DNA from: Eledone cirrhosa
Taxonomy: Eukaryota
Direction of reading: 5' to 3'
NCBI GenBank assembly: GCA_964016885.1
Contig: OZ024758.1
Span: 16,120,001-16,184,000 of the forward strand
DNA: 64,000 nt
Shown: piece by piece, positions 42,615 through 57,867 of the stretch
How the letters are laid out: every line of letters starts with the position of its first letter
Position numbering within the stretch: position 1 is the stretch's first letter
Made by a program: the position numbers and the translations under genes
Notes under the pieces: generated by a model
Database searches by the model: none
Told to the model about the DNA's origin: nothing
Seen by the model: the letters and a program-made list of their open reading frames with translations, nothing else

Positions 42615-45050
42615 GGTGGTTGTGGTGTGGTAGTAGTGGTGGTAGTTGTGTTGGTGTTGGTGATGGTAGTAATAGTAATGGTGGTGGTAGTAGTGATAGT
42701 AGTGGTGGTGGTAGCAGTAGTAGTGGTGGTAATGGTGGTGGTAACAGTAGAGATGGAAGTGGTTGTAGTGATAGAGAAGGTAATAGTGGTGGTAGGGGGT
42801 GATGGTGATAGTGGTGGCGTTAGTGGTGGTGGTAGCGATAGTGGTGGTAGTGGTTATAGTGTTAGTGGTGGTGGTGGTGATAGTGGAGGTAGTAGTGGTG
42901 GTGGTAGCAGTAGTAGTGGTGGAAATGGTGGTGGTAACAGTAGAGGTTGAAGTGGTTATAGTGTTAGTGGTGGTAGTGGTTATAGTGTTAGTGGGGGTAG
43001 TGGTTATAGTGTTAGTGGGGGTAGTGGTTATAGTGTTAGTGGGGGTAGTGGTAGTGGTTATAGTGTTAGTGGTGGTAGTGGTTATAGTGTTAGTGGTGGT
43101 AGTGGTTATAGTGTTAGTGGTGGTAGTGGTTATAGTGTTAGTGGTGGTAGTGGTTATAGTGTTAGTGGTGGTAGTGGTTATAGTGTTAGTGGTGGTAGTG
43201 GTTATAGTGTTAGTGGTGGTAGTGGTTATAGTGTTAGTGGTGGTAGTGGTTATAGTGTTAGTGGTGGTAGTGGTTATAGTGTTAGTGGGGGTAGTGGTTA
43301 TAGTGTTAGTGGGGGTAGTGGTTATAGTGTTAGTGGGGGTAGTGGTAGTGGTTATAGTGTTAGTGGTGGTAGTGGTTATAGTGTTAGTGGTGGTAGTGGT
43401 TATAGTGTTAGTGGTGGTAGTGGTTATAGTGTTAGTGGGGGTAGTGGTTATAGTGTTAGTGCGGGTAGTGGTTATAGTGTTAGTGGGGGTAGTGGTAGTG
43501 GTTATAGTGTTAGTGGGGGTAGTGGTTATAGTGTTAGTGGGGGTAGTGGTTATAGTGTTAGTGGGGGTAGTGGTTATAGTGTTAGTGGGGGTAGTGGTTA
43601 TAGTGTTAGTGGGGGTAGTGGTAGTGGTTATAGTGTTAGTGGGGGTAGTGGTTATAGTGTTAGTGGGGGTAGTGGTTATAGTGTTAGTGGGGGTAGTGGT
43701 TATAGTGTTAGTGGGGGTAGTGGTAGTGGTTATAGTGTTAGTGGGGGTAGTGGTTATAGTGTTAGTGGTGGTAGTGGTTATAGTGTTAGTGGTGGTAGTG
43801 GTTATAGTGTTAGTGGGGGTAGTGGTTATAGTGTTAGTGGTGGTAGTGGTTATAGTGTTAGTGGGGTAGTGGTTATAGTGTTAGTGGGGGTAGTGGTTAT
43901 AGTGTTAGTGGGGGTAGTGGTAGTGGTTATAGTGTTAGTGGGGGTAGTGGTTATAGTGTTAGTGGGGGTAGTGGTTATAGTGTTAGTGGGGGTAGTGGTG
44001 GTAGTGGTTATAGTGTTAGTGGTGGTAGTGGTTATAGTGTTAGTGGTGGTAGTGGTTATAGTGTTAGTGGTGGTAGTGGTGGTAGTGGTTATAGTGTTAG
44101 TGGTGGTAGTGGTAGTGGCGGTAGTGGTAGTGGTTATAGTGTTAGTGGGGGTAGTGGTAGTGGCGGTAGTGGTAGTGGTTATAGTGTTAGTGGTGGTAGT
44201 GGTAGTGGCGGTAGTGGTAGTGGTTATAGTGTTAGTGGGGGTAGTGGTTATAGTGTTAGTGGTGGTAGTGGTTATAGTGTTAGTGGTGGTAGTGGTTATA
44301 GTGTTAGTGGTGGTAGTGGTAGTGGCGGTAGTGTTAGTGGGGGTAGTGGTAGTGGTTATAGTGTTAGTGGTGGTAGTGGTAGTGGCGGTAGTGGTAGTGG
44401 TGGTAGTGGTAGTGGTGGTAGTGTTAGTGGTGGTAGTGGTAGTGGCGGTAGTGGTAGTGGTGGTAGTGGTAGTGGTGGTAGTGGTAGTGGTTATAGTGTT
44501 AGTGGTGGTAGTGGTAGTGGCGGTAGTGGTAGTGGTGGTAGTGGTAGTGGTTATAGTGTTAGTGGTGGTAGTGGTAGTGGCGGTAGTGGTAGTGGTGGTA
44601 GTGGTAGTGGTGGTAGTGGTAGTGGTTATAGTGTTAGTGGGGGTAGTGGTAGCGGTTATAGTGTTAGTGGTGGTAGTGGTAGTGGGGGTAGTGGTAGTGG
44701 TGGTAGTGGGGGTAGTGGTAGTGGTGGTAGTGGTAGTGGTGGTAGTGGTAGTGGTTATAGTGTTAGTGGGGGTAGTGGTAGCGGTTATAGTGTTAGTGGT
44801 GGTAGTGGTAGTGGCGGTAGTGGTAGTGGTAGTGGGGGTAGTGGTAGTGGTGGTAGTGGTAGTGGTGGTAGTGGTAGTGGTTATAGTGTTAGTGGTGGTA
44901 GTGGTAGTGGTTATATTGTTAGTGGGGGTAGTGGTAGTGGTGGTAGTGGTAGTGGGGGTAATGGTAGCGGTTATAGTGTTAGTGGGGGTAGTGGTAGCGG
45001 TTATAGTGTTAGTGGTGGTAGTGGTAGTGGCGGCAGTGGTAGTGGTGGTG
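42615..45050. repeat. GTG/GTA low-complexity satellite with a 21-bp unit
   Basis: gtagtggttatagtgttagtgg-type tandem units. Confidence 0.95.
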
Positions 45051-45354
45051 TCAATAAATATACGGAACAGCACGAACCGTACACAACGACATGTATAGCA
45101 GGAGGCTTTCAACGCCTGCATGTTTAATGAGTTGACGGAGTAAGGATATAGTTTGTTTAGAACAAAAGTTGATTTGACCCTCATGAGTAAATCCATAAAC
45201 GATGTATTTAACTTTCGCAGATGTATTAATCCGATGATGAGCGACCGATAAAAAAAAAAAAAATCCCCCACGGGGTTGTTTGATCAACTAGAAATAGCTT
45301 GAAAATTTTCATGTATTTTACTTTATCATTCTTTTAAAAAAGAAAGGTATAATG

Positions 45355-46668
45355 CAGAGGTTCTCAAGCCTTTTGGGGCCAGCACCCCCTCCCCTCACGA
45401 CCACATAATACCCATAGCGCCCCTACCCTATTTCCAGAGAGCCCTGTCTACACGCAAATTGTAAATAATATATAATAAATAAAATCGTTAATATATATAT
45501 ATAATAAATAATATTATATATGCTATGTATAAATAAATATTATGTATTTTTTTTATTGTAAATAATATATGATTATATAGTAAATAAGATAATATATACA
45601 ATATATAAATATTTTATTGTAAATAATATGATAAATAAAATCGTTAAATTATATATAGTAAATAATATAATTGTTTCTACTTTAGGCACAAGGCCAGCAA
45701 TTATTCAGTGCATTACTGGTACTTTATTTTATCGACCCCGTAAGGATGAAAGGCAAAGTCAACCTCGGCGGGATTTGAACTCAGATCGTAAAGGGACGTA
45801 ACTATGCTGGAAAGCATGGCGTCCGACCCTCTACCGATACTGCCAATCCACCGCCCTAATATATAATAAATAAAATCGTTAATATATATATATAATAAAT
45901 AATATAATATATGCTATGTATAAATAAATATTATGTATTTTTTTTATTGTAAATAATATATGATTATATAGTAAATAAGATAATATATACAATATATAAA
46001 TAAATAAATATTTTATTGTAAATAATATGATAAATAAAATCGTTAAATTATATATAGTAAATAATATAATATATAATATATATAAATAAATATATATTTT
46101 TATTTCAAATAATTTATAATAAATAAGATCGTTAATTTATATATAATAAATAATATAATATATACTATGTATAAATAAATATTGTATATTTTTTATTGTA
46201 AATAATATATAATAAATAAAATCGTTAAATTATATATAATAAATAATATAATATATACTATATATAAATATTATGTATTTTTTATTGTAAATATTATATA
46301 ATAAATAAAATCTTTAATTTACACATAATAAATAATATAATATATATCCGGCTGAGGCCATGCTGGGGCACCGCCCTTGTATAAATAAATATTATATATT
46401 TTTTATTTTACTATATTTATATATATTATGTATCATTTGATATTTAACATACTATTATATATGCGGCGAATTAGCAGTCGTTAGAACCCTTTCTGGTATT
46501 CGTTCGGGCTCTCTGCTCTCTGAGTGGGACCATACCATGCTATTTTATCTGCCGGGACCATACCATGCTATTTTATCTCTACCGGCCCCCTTAGGCCCCA
46601 GGACAGTCTGGTCCTTCTCAACGCCCCCCCCCCCCGGTGGGCGGCAGCGCTCACGTTGAGAACCTCTG
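45355..46668. mobile_element. hAT-like non-autonomous element with AT-rich internal repeats and a nested SINE
   Basis: TIRs CAGAGGTTCTCAA / TTGAGAACCTCTG; 8-bp TSD not clear. Confidence 0.65.
45668..45857 (-). mobile_element. SINE family 1
   Basis: Full length, nearly identical to 51779-51967. Confidence 0.9.
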
Positions 46669-47276
46669 TGATATATAATGGGTGGTGTATAACTAGATAG
46701 AGTATATCTGAAAACACAGAAGAAAAGAAACAGAAACGGGAAGGGCATAAAACAATAATAATTAATCTAAGTTTAGCCTCACTTGGTTCTTTTTTACAGA
46801 TTTACTCTGAAATTATACATATCTTCGTCAAACATAATTGTTTAAAACTTGGTCACTGTAGAAATAACAAGCAAAATAAACATAATTTTTAATCTAAAGA
46901 TAATTATCTAACATGTCATACACATTTTAGAAGGTTGTTAGGTTGGTAATTATAACCCACTTAGTTAGGCTGGAATTAAATTTTATACACCCCGGAAGGT
47001 TAAAGGAAAAGTTAACGTTGGAGATATTTGAACTTCGAGTATAAAAGGTCGCTAATAAACATCACAACGCAGTACCTCAGTTAATAAACCAATCTAATAA
47101 AGGCACAAGGCCAGCAGTTTCGGGGAATGGGGACGAAAAAGTTGATTAAACCGACCTCCAGGACTAGACTTGTATTTTTTTCTTATTGACCCAAAAGAGA
47201 TAAAAGGAAAAGTTGACATTGATGGGATTTTAACTAAAATCTGCACGATTTTGTTATTCCGTGACTTTAATGATAA

Positions 47277-47640
47277 TAATTGTTTCTACTTTTGGCACAA
47301 GGCCAGCAAATACCCAGTGCATTACTGGTACTTTATTTTATCGACCTCGTAAGGATGAAAAGCAAAGTTAACCTCGGCGGGATTTGAACTCAGAATGGCA
47401 AGGGCCGTAACTCTATGCGTCAAAGCATGGCGTCCGACCCTCTACCGATACTGCCAATCCACCGCCGGGATTTGAACTCAGAATGGGAAGGGCCGTAACT
47501 CTATGCTGCAAAGCATGGCGTCCGACCCTCTACCGATACTGCCAATCCACCGCCGGGATTTGAACTCAGAATGGGAAGGGCCGTAACTCTATGCTGCAAA
47601 GCATGGCGTCCGACCCTCTACCGATACTGCCAATCTACAA
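47277..47640 (-). mobile_element. SINE family 1 with triplicated tRNA head
   Basis: Three about 87-bp head units in tandem. Confidence 0.9.
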
Positions 47641-47689
47641 CCCTTATAATATAATATAATATAATATAATATAATATAATATTCCTATA

Positions 47690-47815
47690 ATATTGGTGGC
47701 TACAGTTACATAAACTAACAAAGTTTTGTGTGGTATTGGTTGATATCATAGACACTGGATCTCGGCAAAAATCAATGTGATAATCAAGCTGGGTGTTTTT
47801 GTGGTCACCCTGTAT
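47690..47815. mobile_element. mariner-like terminal fragment
   Basis: Ends gtggtcaccctgTA; repeated at 48124-48145. Confidence 0.5.
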
Positions 47816-47940
47816 ATAGAACGTATATGGATATGTCAGATACGTTTAATGCACGTTAGCTACCCTCATTTCCTGTCATACCCTCTTAATCGACATTTCC
47901 CTACCACCGAAATTGTTCACCTTGTGCCTAAACCAGAAAC

Positions 47941-48085
47941 TGGCCCTTTATAGTCTGAGTTCAAACCCCGCCGAGGTTACCTTTGCCTTTCATCCTTACG
48001 GGGGCCAATAAAATAAAGTACCAGTAATACACTGGAATAATTGCTGGCCTTGTGCCAACTTGTGCCAAAAGTAGAAACAATTATT
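47941..48085 (+). mobile_element. SINE family 1, 5' truncated
   Basis: B box, core and tail present. Confidence 0.85.
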
Positions 48086-48199
48086 ATATAAGTTTTCATA
48101 TTATAAGTATTTGAAATCAAGGAGTGTTTTTGTGGTCACCCTGTAGTATGATCAAATCTTGGAGACAAAAGACGTAGCGGTGTATGATTTGGTCCTAAT

Positions 48200-48460
48200 A
48201 AATTTCTCTTTGGCACTTTCTCTAAGAATTTTTCTGGTACTGTGCCATTTATTTCATATTGTTCTTGCCCAGCTTATTTTCAGTAGTTCTCCAATCGATT
48301 CTGCTTATTCCTGAAATTTATCATTCTTTCCTGTTTTGCGTTTATACCATGGTGATTTGTATCTTAGTTCGTAAGCTATTTCCAGCTTCTGTATTTTATA
48401 ACCTACGGCTTCTAATTTTGCGTCTTCATACAGCATTTGTACTTTTCGCATTTCTGTTTT
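48200..48460 (-). mobile_element. Degenerate LINE (RTE-like endonuclease) fragment
   Basis: VQMLYEDAKLEAVGYKIQKLEIAYELR loosely resembles the RTE APE N-terminus. Confidence 0.35.
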
Positions 48461-48739
48461 ATTTGTTTCATCAATAAAGGCACAGGAATGGCTGTGTGGT
48501 TTAGAGAGTTCGCTTCGTTGTTCAAGTTCGGCGTTCAAGTTCGGCGTTCAAGTTCGGCGTTCAAGTTCGGGGTTCAGGTTCGTTGTTCAAGTTCGGGGTT
48601 CAGGGTTCAAGTTCGGCGTTCAAATACGGGGTTCAAGTTCGGGGTTCAAGTTCGTTGTTCAAGTTCGGGGTTCATGTTCATGGTTCATGTTCACTCGATA
48701 GACCCCTTGGCAAATATTTTCTGCTATAGATTTATATAT

Positions 48740-48797
<58 letters not shown>

Positions 48798-48801
<4 letters not shown>

Positions 48802-49207
48802 CAAGTTGTGTATATGAAAAGTTGTGTATATGAGAAGATGTATAGATGATCAGATGTGTATATGACAATTTGTATATATGATAAGACGTGTATAAGACAA
48901 TATATATATATGACCAAATGTGTGTATGACAGCATCTATTTATGACAGGTTCTATTTATGACACGATGTAAAGATGACAAGACATTTATTTGACAAGACG
49001 TGTATATGACAAGATATGTATATGTCAATACGTGTATATGACAAGATACGTATATGTCAAGCGTGTATATGACATTATGCATACATGAGAAGATGTGTAT
49101 ATGACAAGATATGTATATGTCAAGACGTGTATATGACATTATGCATACATGCGAAGATGTGTATATGACACGATCTGTTTACGACAAGACGTGTATATGA
49201 CAAGATG
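48798..49207. repeat. Degenerate about 17-bp minisatellite (atatgacaagaYgtgt)
   Basis: Direct reading. Confidence 0.8.
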
Positions 49208-49860
49208 AGTGTGTCTGGAACATCTTTGATCATAGGTTTTTTTCTCAGCAAGGAATGACTTGTTACTAAACAATAACTGGTAACGCAATCAATACCATCA
49301 ATTTTCTTTTTTTGTTCAGAATTCACCAACAACACCAATATCATTTCATCAGATTATTATCTCTGGAAATACAATTTCGTTTAAAATTTTTCCTCTCTTC
49401 TCAAATATTATTAATACATAGTCTTTCAGAATTATATAACAGAACACGACTTTAATAACATTTTATTATATTTGGTCGCCATTTTCTTTTTATCTCTATT
49501 ATCTCGTTTAAACAATTTAGTTTTACACCACATGTAACGAAAATATGAAAAGAATCTTAAGCAATGATAGTGTTATTACTTTTTTCCTTACATATATCTA
49601 TTTTTGACACGATCGCTCGACAGATTTCAACAGATTTCTGTTCAAGATAAAATTACATGGAGAATCGGCTCAACAGTTGGTCACTATTTTGTAGTGGCGT
49701 ACCAGCATGAGGTTTATAATTACTACAGGTTTCTACTGGTAATAGATATGTATAAATATGCCAACATGTATATATATATATATATGAATGAAAATGTGTT
49801 CTACACACACATATATATATACATATATATGTATGTATACATATATACATACATAAATAT

Positions 49861-49911
<51 letters not shown>

Positions 49912-50613
49912 TATATATATATACACAGGATTACATATATATATCTATTCATTCATATATGTATATATATCACACCACATCCACCATAAACTTCATAGAA
50001 ACTGCTTTTCATACCCACGCATCTCTGTCTGCTTGATATGCTTTTATACCTGTATTGTATTATGTGATACCTTTGCCATACTGTGATATATATGCTTAGT
50101 ACCATTGTTTGTATCTTACCTGGTTATTCTGTACATGCCTAACACCTCTACACTCTTTCTATACGCTTGTATATGTACTGCTAATGTCCTCATTTTGCGA
50201 GTAACTTTCTTCTTTAATTCCTCTATAATTGTTGTATTATTCTTTTATAATCTTTGTGGCATCCACTGATACTGACCACATCATCTCCACTCTTTAAATA
50301 TGACACTGTTAATGACAACACTAACATCTATGTATCTTTACGATTGTTCTGTGGAATAGGAGGTTAGATATATGTCTAAACTTTGCTAGTGCTCCGATGA
50401 TTCCAAAGGTTTATTTTTCAACATAGTCCCTAGAGAAAAACTATACCAAGATACTCTCAAGGAATGACCAAATGAGGTTTATTTTTCAACATAATCCCTG
50501 GAAAGAAACAATACAGTTATTAATATGAAGAGTTGAAATTGAAGCATGCAAGATTTCACAGCACTAGCGTCACTCCTTCATAGTCAATTTATGAACGTTT
50601 TTGCCTACTCTCG

Positions 50614-50686
<73 letters not shown>

Positions 50687-50688
<2 letters not shown>

Positions 50689-50824
50689 CGAAGGAAATGT
50701 GGTAAGGAACCAGGTGGACCATAACGCACCAAAGTACTCAATACTTGAGGTAGTAGAGTGGGTAATAGGAACCAGTAAGACCCCGACAGCTGAGCTCAAG
50801 CCGTTTCGACGGCTAATTCTGGAC
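50687..50824 (-). mobile_element. Second copy of the 42398 family
   Basis: Near-identical; (TA)n flanks. Confidence 0.75.
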
Positions 50825-50850
50825 TATATATATATATATATATATATAAA

Positions 50851-51037
50851 TACGGCTGAAAAGTTCATAGGCTAACTGAGATACTCTCATGGAATGACGA
50901 AATGAGGTTTATTTTTCAAGATAGTCCCTGGAAAAAAACAATACAGCTATTATTAAGAAAAGTTCATAGGCTGACCAAGATGCTCTCATGGAATGACCAA
51001 AGTACTTGACTGGCATTTTGTTTTATCCACCTCTTAT
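50851..51037. mobile_element. mariner-like terminal fragments (also 50408-50525)
   Basis: ggctgaaaagttcataggct repeated; ends ttttatccacctctta. Confidence 0.45.
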
Positions 51038-51592
51038 GGATAAACACAACAACAACAAGAACCACCACCACGACCACCGCCAATACCACTACCAAACACA
51101 ACAACAACACCACCACCACCAACACAATCACAACAACAACACCAGCACCAACACAATCACAACAACAACATCCCACCACCACCACCAACACAATCACAAA
51201 AACAACATCCCACCACCACAACAAGAACAACACCCTTCACTACTACCACCACCATAAAAAACCACATTTTAAAACGAATGCATGTAACTGTACGTTCATC
51301 AAACCATGACATTATGAAAGAAATGGAGTCACTTTAAACTATTAACGTAACGATCACTTTCCTTACATAATATTAGAAATATAATGATATATTGAATAAG
51401 ATATATTAGGTTTGTTGATAACTAAATAAAAATAATAGTTAAAAGGCTCAGACATTGGATTATGTATGTGTTACAGTATGATTGACAGTTGTTATAACTG
51501 TGTTTACATTATGTTACTAAGAACCAGTAGATAATAACTAGTTACTAGAGTAGTATAACGATCTTACTATACAGAACAGAAGAAAAACTTAC

Positions 51593-51678
51593 TTTAACGC
51601 AGTTGAGTGAAAAACCTTTTTTCTGCTCAGTTTTGGCTCCCATTTTTTTTTTGTTGCTAATTTAATTTCTAGGAAAAG
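51593..51678 (-). CDS. Candidate host exon (86 nt)
   Basis: ccactttcag acceptor, GTAAGT donor, LFLEIKLATKKKWEPKLSRKKVFHSTAL; ends in phase 2. Confidence 0.3.
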
Positions 51679-51695
51679 CTGAAAGTGGTATACTA

Positions 51696-51778
<83 letters not shown>

Positions 51779-51780
<2 letters not shown>

Positions 51781-52012
51781 ATTGTTTCTACTTTAGGCAC
51801 AAGGCCAGCAATTACCCAATGCATTACTGGTACTTTATTTTATCGACCCCGTAAGGATGAAAGGCAAAGTCAACCTCGGCGGGATTTGAACTCAGATCGT
51901 AAAGGGACGTAACTATGCTGGAAAGCATGGCGTCCGACCCTCTACCGATACTGCCAATCCACCGCCCTAACATGGCGTCCGACCCTCTACCGATACTGCC
52001 AATCCACCGCCC
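51779..52012 (-). mobile_element. SINE family 1 with partial head duplication
   Basis: 51971-52012 duplicates 51927-51967. Confidence 0.9.
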
Positions 52013-52024
52013 TTCACATGTAAT

Positions 52025-52298
52025 ATTATGTAGTAAGCAACATGAGACAATTATTCCATTTACCAAAGGTTTCACGAAGACAGACGAGCTCAACACAGAC
52101 GTCTGAAATCGCTCATCAGAATGTAAATTTTTCATACTGATGAGCGATTTCAGACGTCTTTGTTGAGCTCGTCTGTCTTCGTGAAACCTTTGGTAAATGG
52201 AATAATTGTCTCATGTTGTTTATTACATAATTAAATAGCTCTGTAGCATACATAGAGGACCCTTCTTTCCTTCACCCTTCCTACGGAAATACTTCTTA
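52025..52298 (+). mobile_element. Penelope-like remnant with fold-back and hammerhead
   Basis: Arms 52025-52119 / 52137-52231; CTGATGA(52137-43)-gcga..cagacg/cgtctg..tcgt-GAAA(52183-86)-cc-ttt-gg-TA-aatggaa. Confidence 0.8.
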
Positions 52299-52409
52299 TA
52301 TATATATATATACCTAGGAGAGAATACAAGAAAAGAACATGCTTTTTCATTACAGGGTATTTTTTACAGGGAACAACGCGAGAGATTTACTCCGTTGCTT
52401 CCTTTGATA

Positions 52410-52760
52410 TATCTATCTATCTATCTAAGGCGGGTAAAATTCCCGAGATCCATGGACGAGTTCTCTCCAGCGGTCTCTGTCCCTCATTATCGCTGCCATG
52501 TCCTGCGTCTCCAACAGACCAGTGTCTGTCCTTAGGGCATCAACATATGTTAACCTTGGTCTTCCTCTTCCAGTGTGTCCATGTAGGGGCTCCCAAAGGA
52601 GCACTGAGTGCAATGTCAACTCTGGATGTTGGTGAGCATGTCCAGCCAACCTCAGTCTCCTCTGTGTCACTTTTGAGCTGACTTTTGGGAGGCTCCCATA
52701 CAGCTCTGAGTTTTTCATCCTCAGTGTATACTGATTAATGTTCAGAGCCATCCTCAGCAT
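52410..52760 (-). mobile_element. RTE-type LINE 3' fragment
   Basis: RRLRLAGH..LLWEP..GRGRPRLTYVD..DRDRWRELV; (TAGA)n tail. Confidence 0.8.
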
Positions 52761-52953
52761 ATATAGATATATATATATCAAACATCACGGGCGCTCTATC
52801 TCAAAATTATTTTTGTAAAGCATTAGAAATGCGCAACCGGTAAAACTTAAAACCAAAACTGAATACTAACCAATACTATTACTAATTTTTACTTATTCCT
52901 AATTAAACTATTTTTCACTGGGAACAATTTGTCAGCATTTTCTTTTCCTTTTA

Positions 52954-53029
<76 letters not shown>

Positions 53030-53031
<2 letters not shown>

Positions 53032-53140
53032 GTCGCTGGGGGTTTAACCTTGCGATGGAGTGGCGTCCTGTCCAGGGAGGGGGGATCTTGTACTCTGAGT
53101 CTCTTCACGCGGAAACCTGGATAAGTACTGGTCTGAAGAT
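53030..53140 (+). mobile_element. SINE 3' tail fragment
   Basis: aaccttgcgatggagtggcgtcctgtccaggg..gaaacctggataag resembles Nin/Deu-SINE tails. Confidence 0.5.
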
Positions 53141-53169
53141 ATATATATATATACAGATAGATAGATATA

Positions 53170-54028
<859 letters not shown>

Positions 54029-54059
54029 ACTCTTATAAACCACCCCATATATATATATC

Positions 54060-54322
54060 TACAAGTTAATATAAATTAATATATATGATACAACACAAAT
54101 ACCAACATATAAGTGTTTGTATTGTAAAAGACTATGTTTATAATTAGTATTTTTCAATCTAGCTAACATAGTCTTTTACAATACAAACACTTATATGTTG
54201 GTATTTGTGTTGTATCATATATATTAATTTATATTAACTTGTATTACACGGCTCAGAAATACTTCTTTCTTTGAGCTATTTAATTGTAAAGGACTGCTTG
54301 AGTTTAGAACTCATTATTCTTA

Positions 54323-54323
<1 letters not shown>
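54060..54323 (+). mobile_element. Fold-back remnant in (TA)n
   Basis: Arms 54060-54138 / 54165-54243. Confidence 0.6.
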
Positions 54324-54387
<64 letters not shown>

Positions 54388-54494
54388 TCTTTATCTCTTT
54401 ATATACATGCATTAACGTATCAGGCCAAGCCAAAATCTAGTAATACGGATAAGATGACTTGGTATATGAATTAAATACAAATATAAACATAAAT

Positions 54495-55472
54495 AAAACA
54501 ACAACAGCCCCACCACACCACTACCACTACCACCACCACCACCATCATCAACAACTACCACACCACCAACACTGCCACTTCAACAACAACATCAATAACA
54601 ACAACAACAGCTACCACACCATCATCCACAACAACAACATCATCACCAACCACCACCACCACCATAGAAAAAAACAACAACAAGAACCACCAACACCACC
54701 ACAACACCACAACACAACAACACAACAACACAACTATAACACTACCACCGCCAAATACCACCTCGACATGAACAATACTCCACCACCACTATCATAAAAA
54801 CAATAACAACAACAAGAACCACCACCACCACCACCACCACCAAACACATTAACAACACTCCCAACACAACCATCAACAACAACACTACCATCACCAACCA
54901 CCACCACAACAAGAACACCCCACCACCACCATAAAAAACAACAATAATAACAACAACCACCACCACCACCAAACACAACAACAACAACACTACCACTACC
55001 ACCACCATCAAAAATAATAACAACAACAACCACAACAATATCACTACCACTAACCACCACCACCACCACCACCACCAACAACAACAACACTACTCCTACC
55101 AACCAACCAGCCACTACCATACAACACCAACACAACCACCAACCAACCACCACCACACAGCACTACCCCCACCAACCAACCACTACCAAACACAACAACA
55201 CTACCCCCACCAACACCAACACTACCACCACCAACCAACCAACAACACCAACACAACCACCAACCAACCACCACCAAACACAATACTACCACCACCAACC
55301 AACCAACCACCACCAAACACAACAACACTACCACCACCAACCAACAACACCAACACAACCACCAACCAACCACCACCAAACACAACAACACTACCACCAC
55401 CAACCAACAACACCAACCACTACCACCACCACAACAACAACCACAACAACAACAACAAGAAGAACAACAACA
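54495..55472. repeat. CAA/CCA low-complexity tract
   Basis: Direct reading. Confidence 0.9.
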
Positions 55473-55673
55473 AAAGTGTAATCCGCCAGAAAATAATCAT
55501 GGTTTCCAGACAGTAACATATCTTTTACTGATGCCTAACAGTATAGAAGCTGCTCAGAATTGGAATAAGTTCCAACTCTAAGAATCAATCTTACTAAGAA
55601 TTGCTACACATCTCATCTACTAAACTTATATATTGATTTTCCGTGACAAAACAAAACTGTAGAAAGAGTAGTG

Positions 55674-55705
<32 letters not shown>

Positions 55706-55803
55706 GACATGTACACATACATATACAATCACACATACACACACATATAGGCACACAGAGAGAAAGAGAGAGAGGGGAATATACATATACACACACAAGC
55801 ATG

Positions 55804-55835
<32 letters not shown>

Positions 55836-55913
55836 TATTATATATACACACATATATATATACATGCATTTGTATTTTGTGTGCGTGTTCCTTTCGTTTT
55901 TCTCACTAAGAGC

Positions 55914-55960
<47 letters not shown>

Positions 55961-55971
55961 CACAGATACAT

Positions 55972-56008
<37 letters not shown>

Positions 56009-56154
56009 TACATGTATGCACAGATATACACATATATACATAAAATATATACATATACACATACTTACATTCAAATATATGCATATATATATATCTGTAT
56101 ATGTATATATATATATGTATATATTTATATATATATATCTGTATATATATATCA

Positions 56155-56219
<65 letters not shown>

Positions 56220-57244
56220 CGTGTTTATGCGTCTATATATGTGTATATATGCGTCTGTATATGTGTATATATGCGTCTGTATATGTGTATATATACACGT
56301 ATACATATATTCGTATATTCACATGAAATAGAAAGAAAGCTTTCGCAATAATGTGGACAGCATTCTTCAAATGTCATCCTCTATCATTAACGGAAGGGGG
56401 AAAAATGTTGGCAATCCCTTTCAGAACTCTTTAACGTGGTAGGCACCGGAAATTACTATAGAGAACGCCAATTTGGACTCATTCTGTAATTCTCCTTACC
56501 TCTGCAGCTATCCAATAATACAACTTCAATAGGTTACAAAGCATACCTTTTCTCCCTAATTTAATATTGTAAAACGAGGCACAATTATCATATAAACTTC
56601 GTTATCTAACAATTACAAAACGAAGACATTTTTACGGCTGATTGCTGTATTGTTAAATCCTGAACTGTACGTTTTAAGAAGGCCATTAGAAAGTTATAAT
56701 TTTGTCCATTATTTTTTTTATTATTTTTCAAATCTAAATGTGACGTAGGAATATAAACGTATATCTCACCCATTATCCAACATACTTGTTAAACATTTTA
56801 TCGACTCTTAGTAACATTCATCCGATTAGTTTTGAGATACTGGGCAAATGCCAGAGTTTAACACTCAGCAAATGAATGCATAAATAAATAAATGACTTTA
56901 TTGATATGAACTAAACAAAAATGCTAGGCGTTTAGGCGTAACAAATTATAGCAACCATTTTGTATAGTATATCAGAAAATATGCGCAGAAGCATGGAATA
57001 TATTTACCAGCAGAAGACAATATATATGACAAAGGAAAGTGATTTAACTAGCAATAGATATATTTTTACTCAATTATGGTGCTCGTATATTAAGGAAGTT
57101 GTAAGACAGTTTAAATATACAAATATACTGATGGTGTTAAGTAGTCGATCTAAATCGTATTTAGCCGATATTTAATAAGGATATATTCAAATCCTTGGAA
57201 CATTTACATTTTCAAAGAAACATTTTTGTATACACTACACCATA

Positions 57245-57246
57245 TA

Positions 57247-57284
<38 letters not shown>

Positions 57285-57719
57285 ATATTTGTGTGTGTAT
57301 ATATATTTATGTGTATATATATATGTATGTGTGTGTGTGTGTATATATATGTGTATATATATGTGTGTATATATATGTATATATTTATGTGTATATATAT
57401 ATATATGTATATATATATATAAGTATATGTGTATACATATATATGTGTATATATATATATATGTGTAAATGTGTATATATGTATATGTGTATATATATAT
57501 GTATATGTGTATATATATATGTATGTATATATATATATATATATGTATATGTATGTATATATATATATATATGTATATGTATATGTATATGTATATATAT
57601 ATGTATATGTGTATATATATGTATATGTGTATATATATGTATATGTGTATATATATGTATATGTGTATATATATATATGTATATGTGTATATATATATGT
57701 ATATGTGTATATATATATA

Positions 57720-57750
<31 letters not shown>

Positions 57751-57789
57751 GTATATGTCTATATATATATATGTATATGTGTAAATATA

Positions 57790-57867
<78 letters not shown>

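Noticed and set aside
42799-45271. Poly-Val / mucin-like Thr ORFs
   Set aside because: Simple-repeat translations with a frameshift near 43865
46806-46856. Minus-strand exon with a good acceptor
   Set aside because: Stops in all three frames
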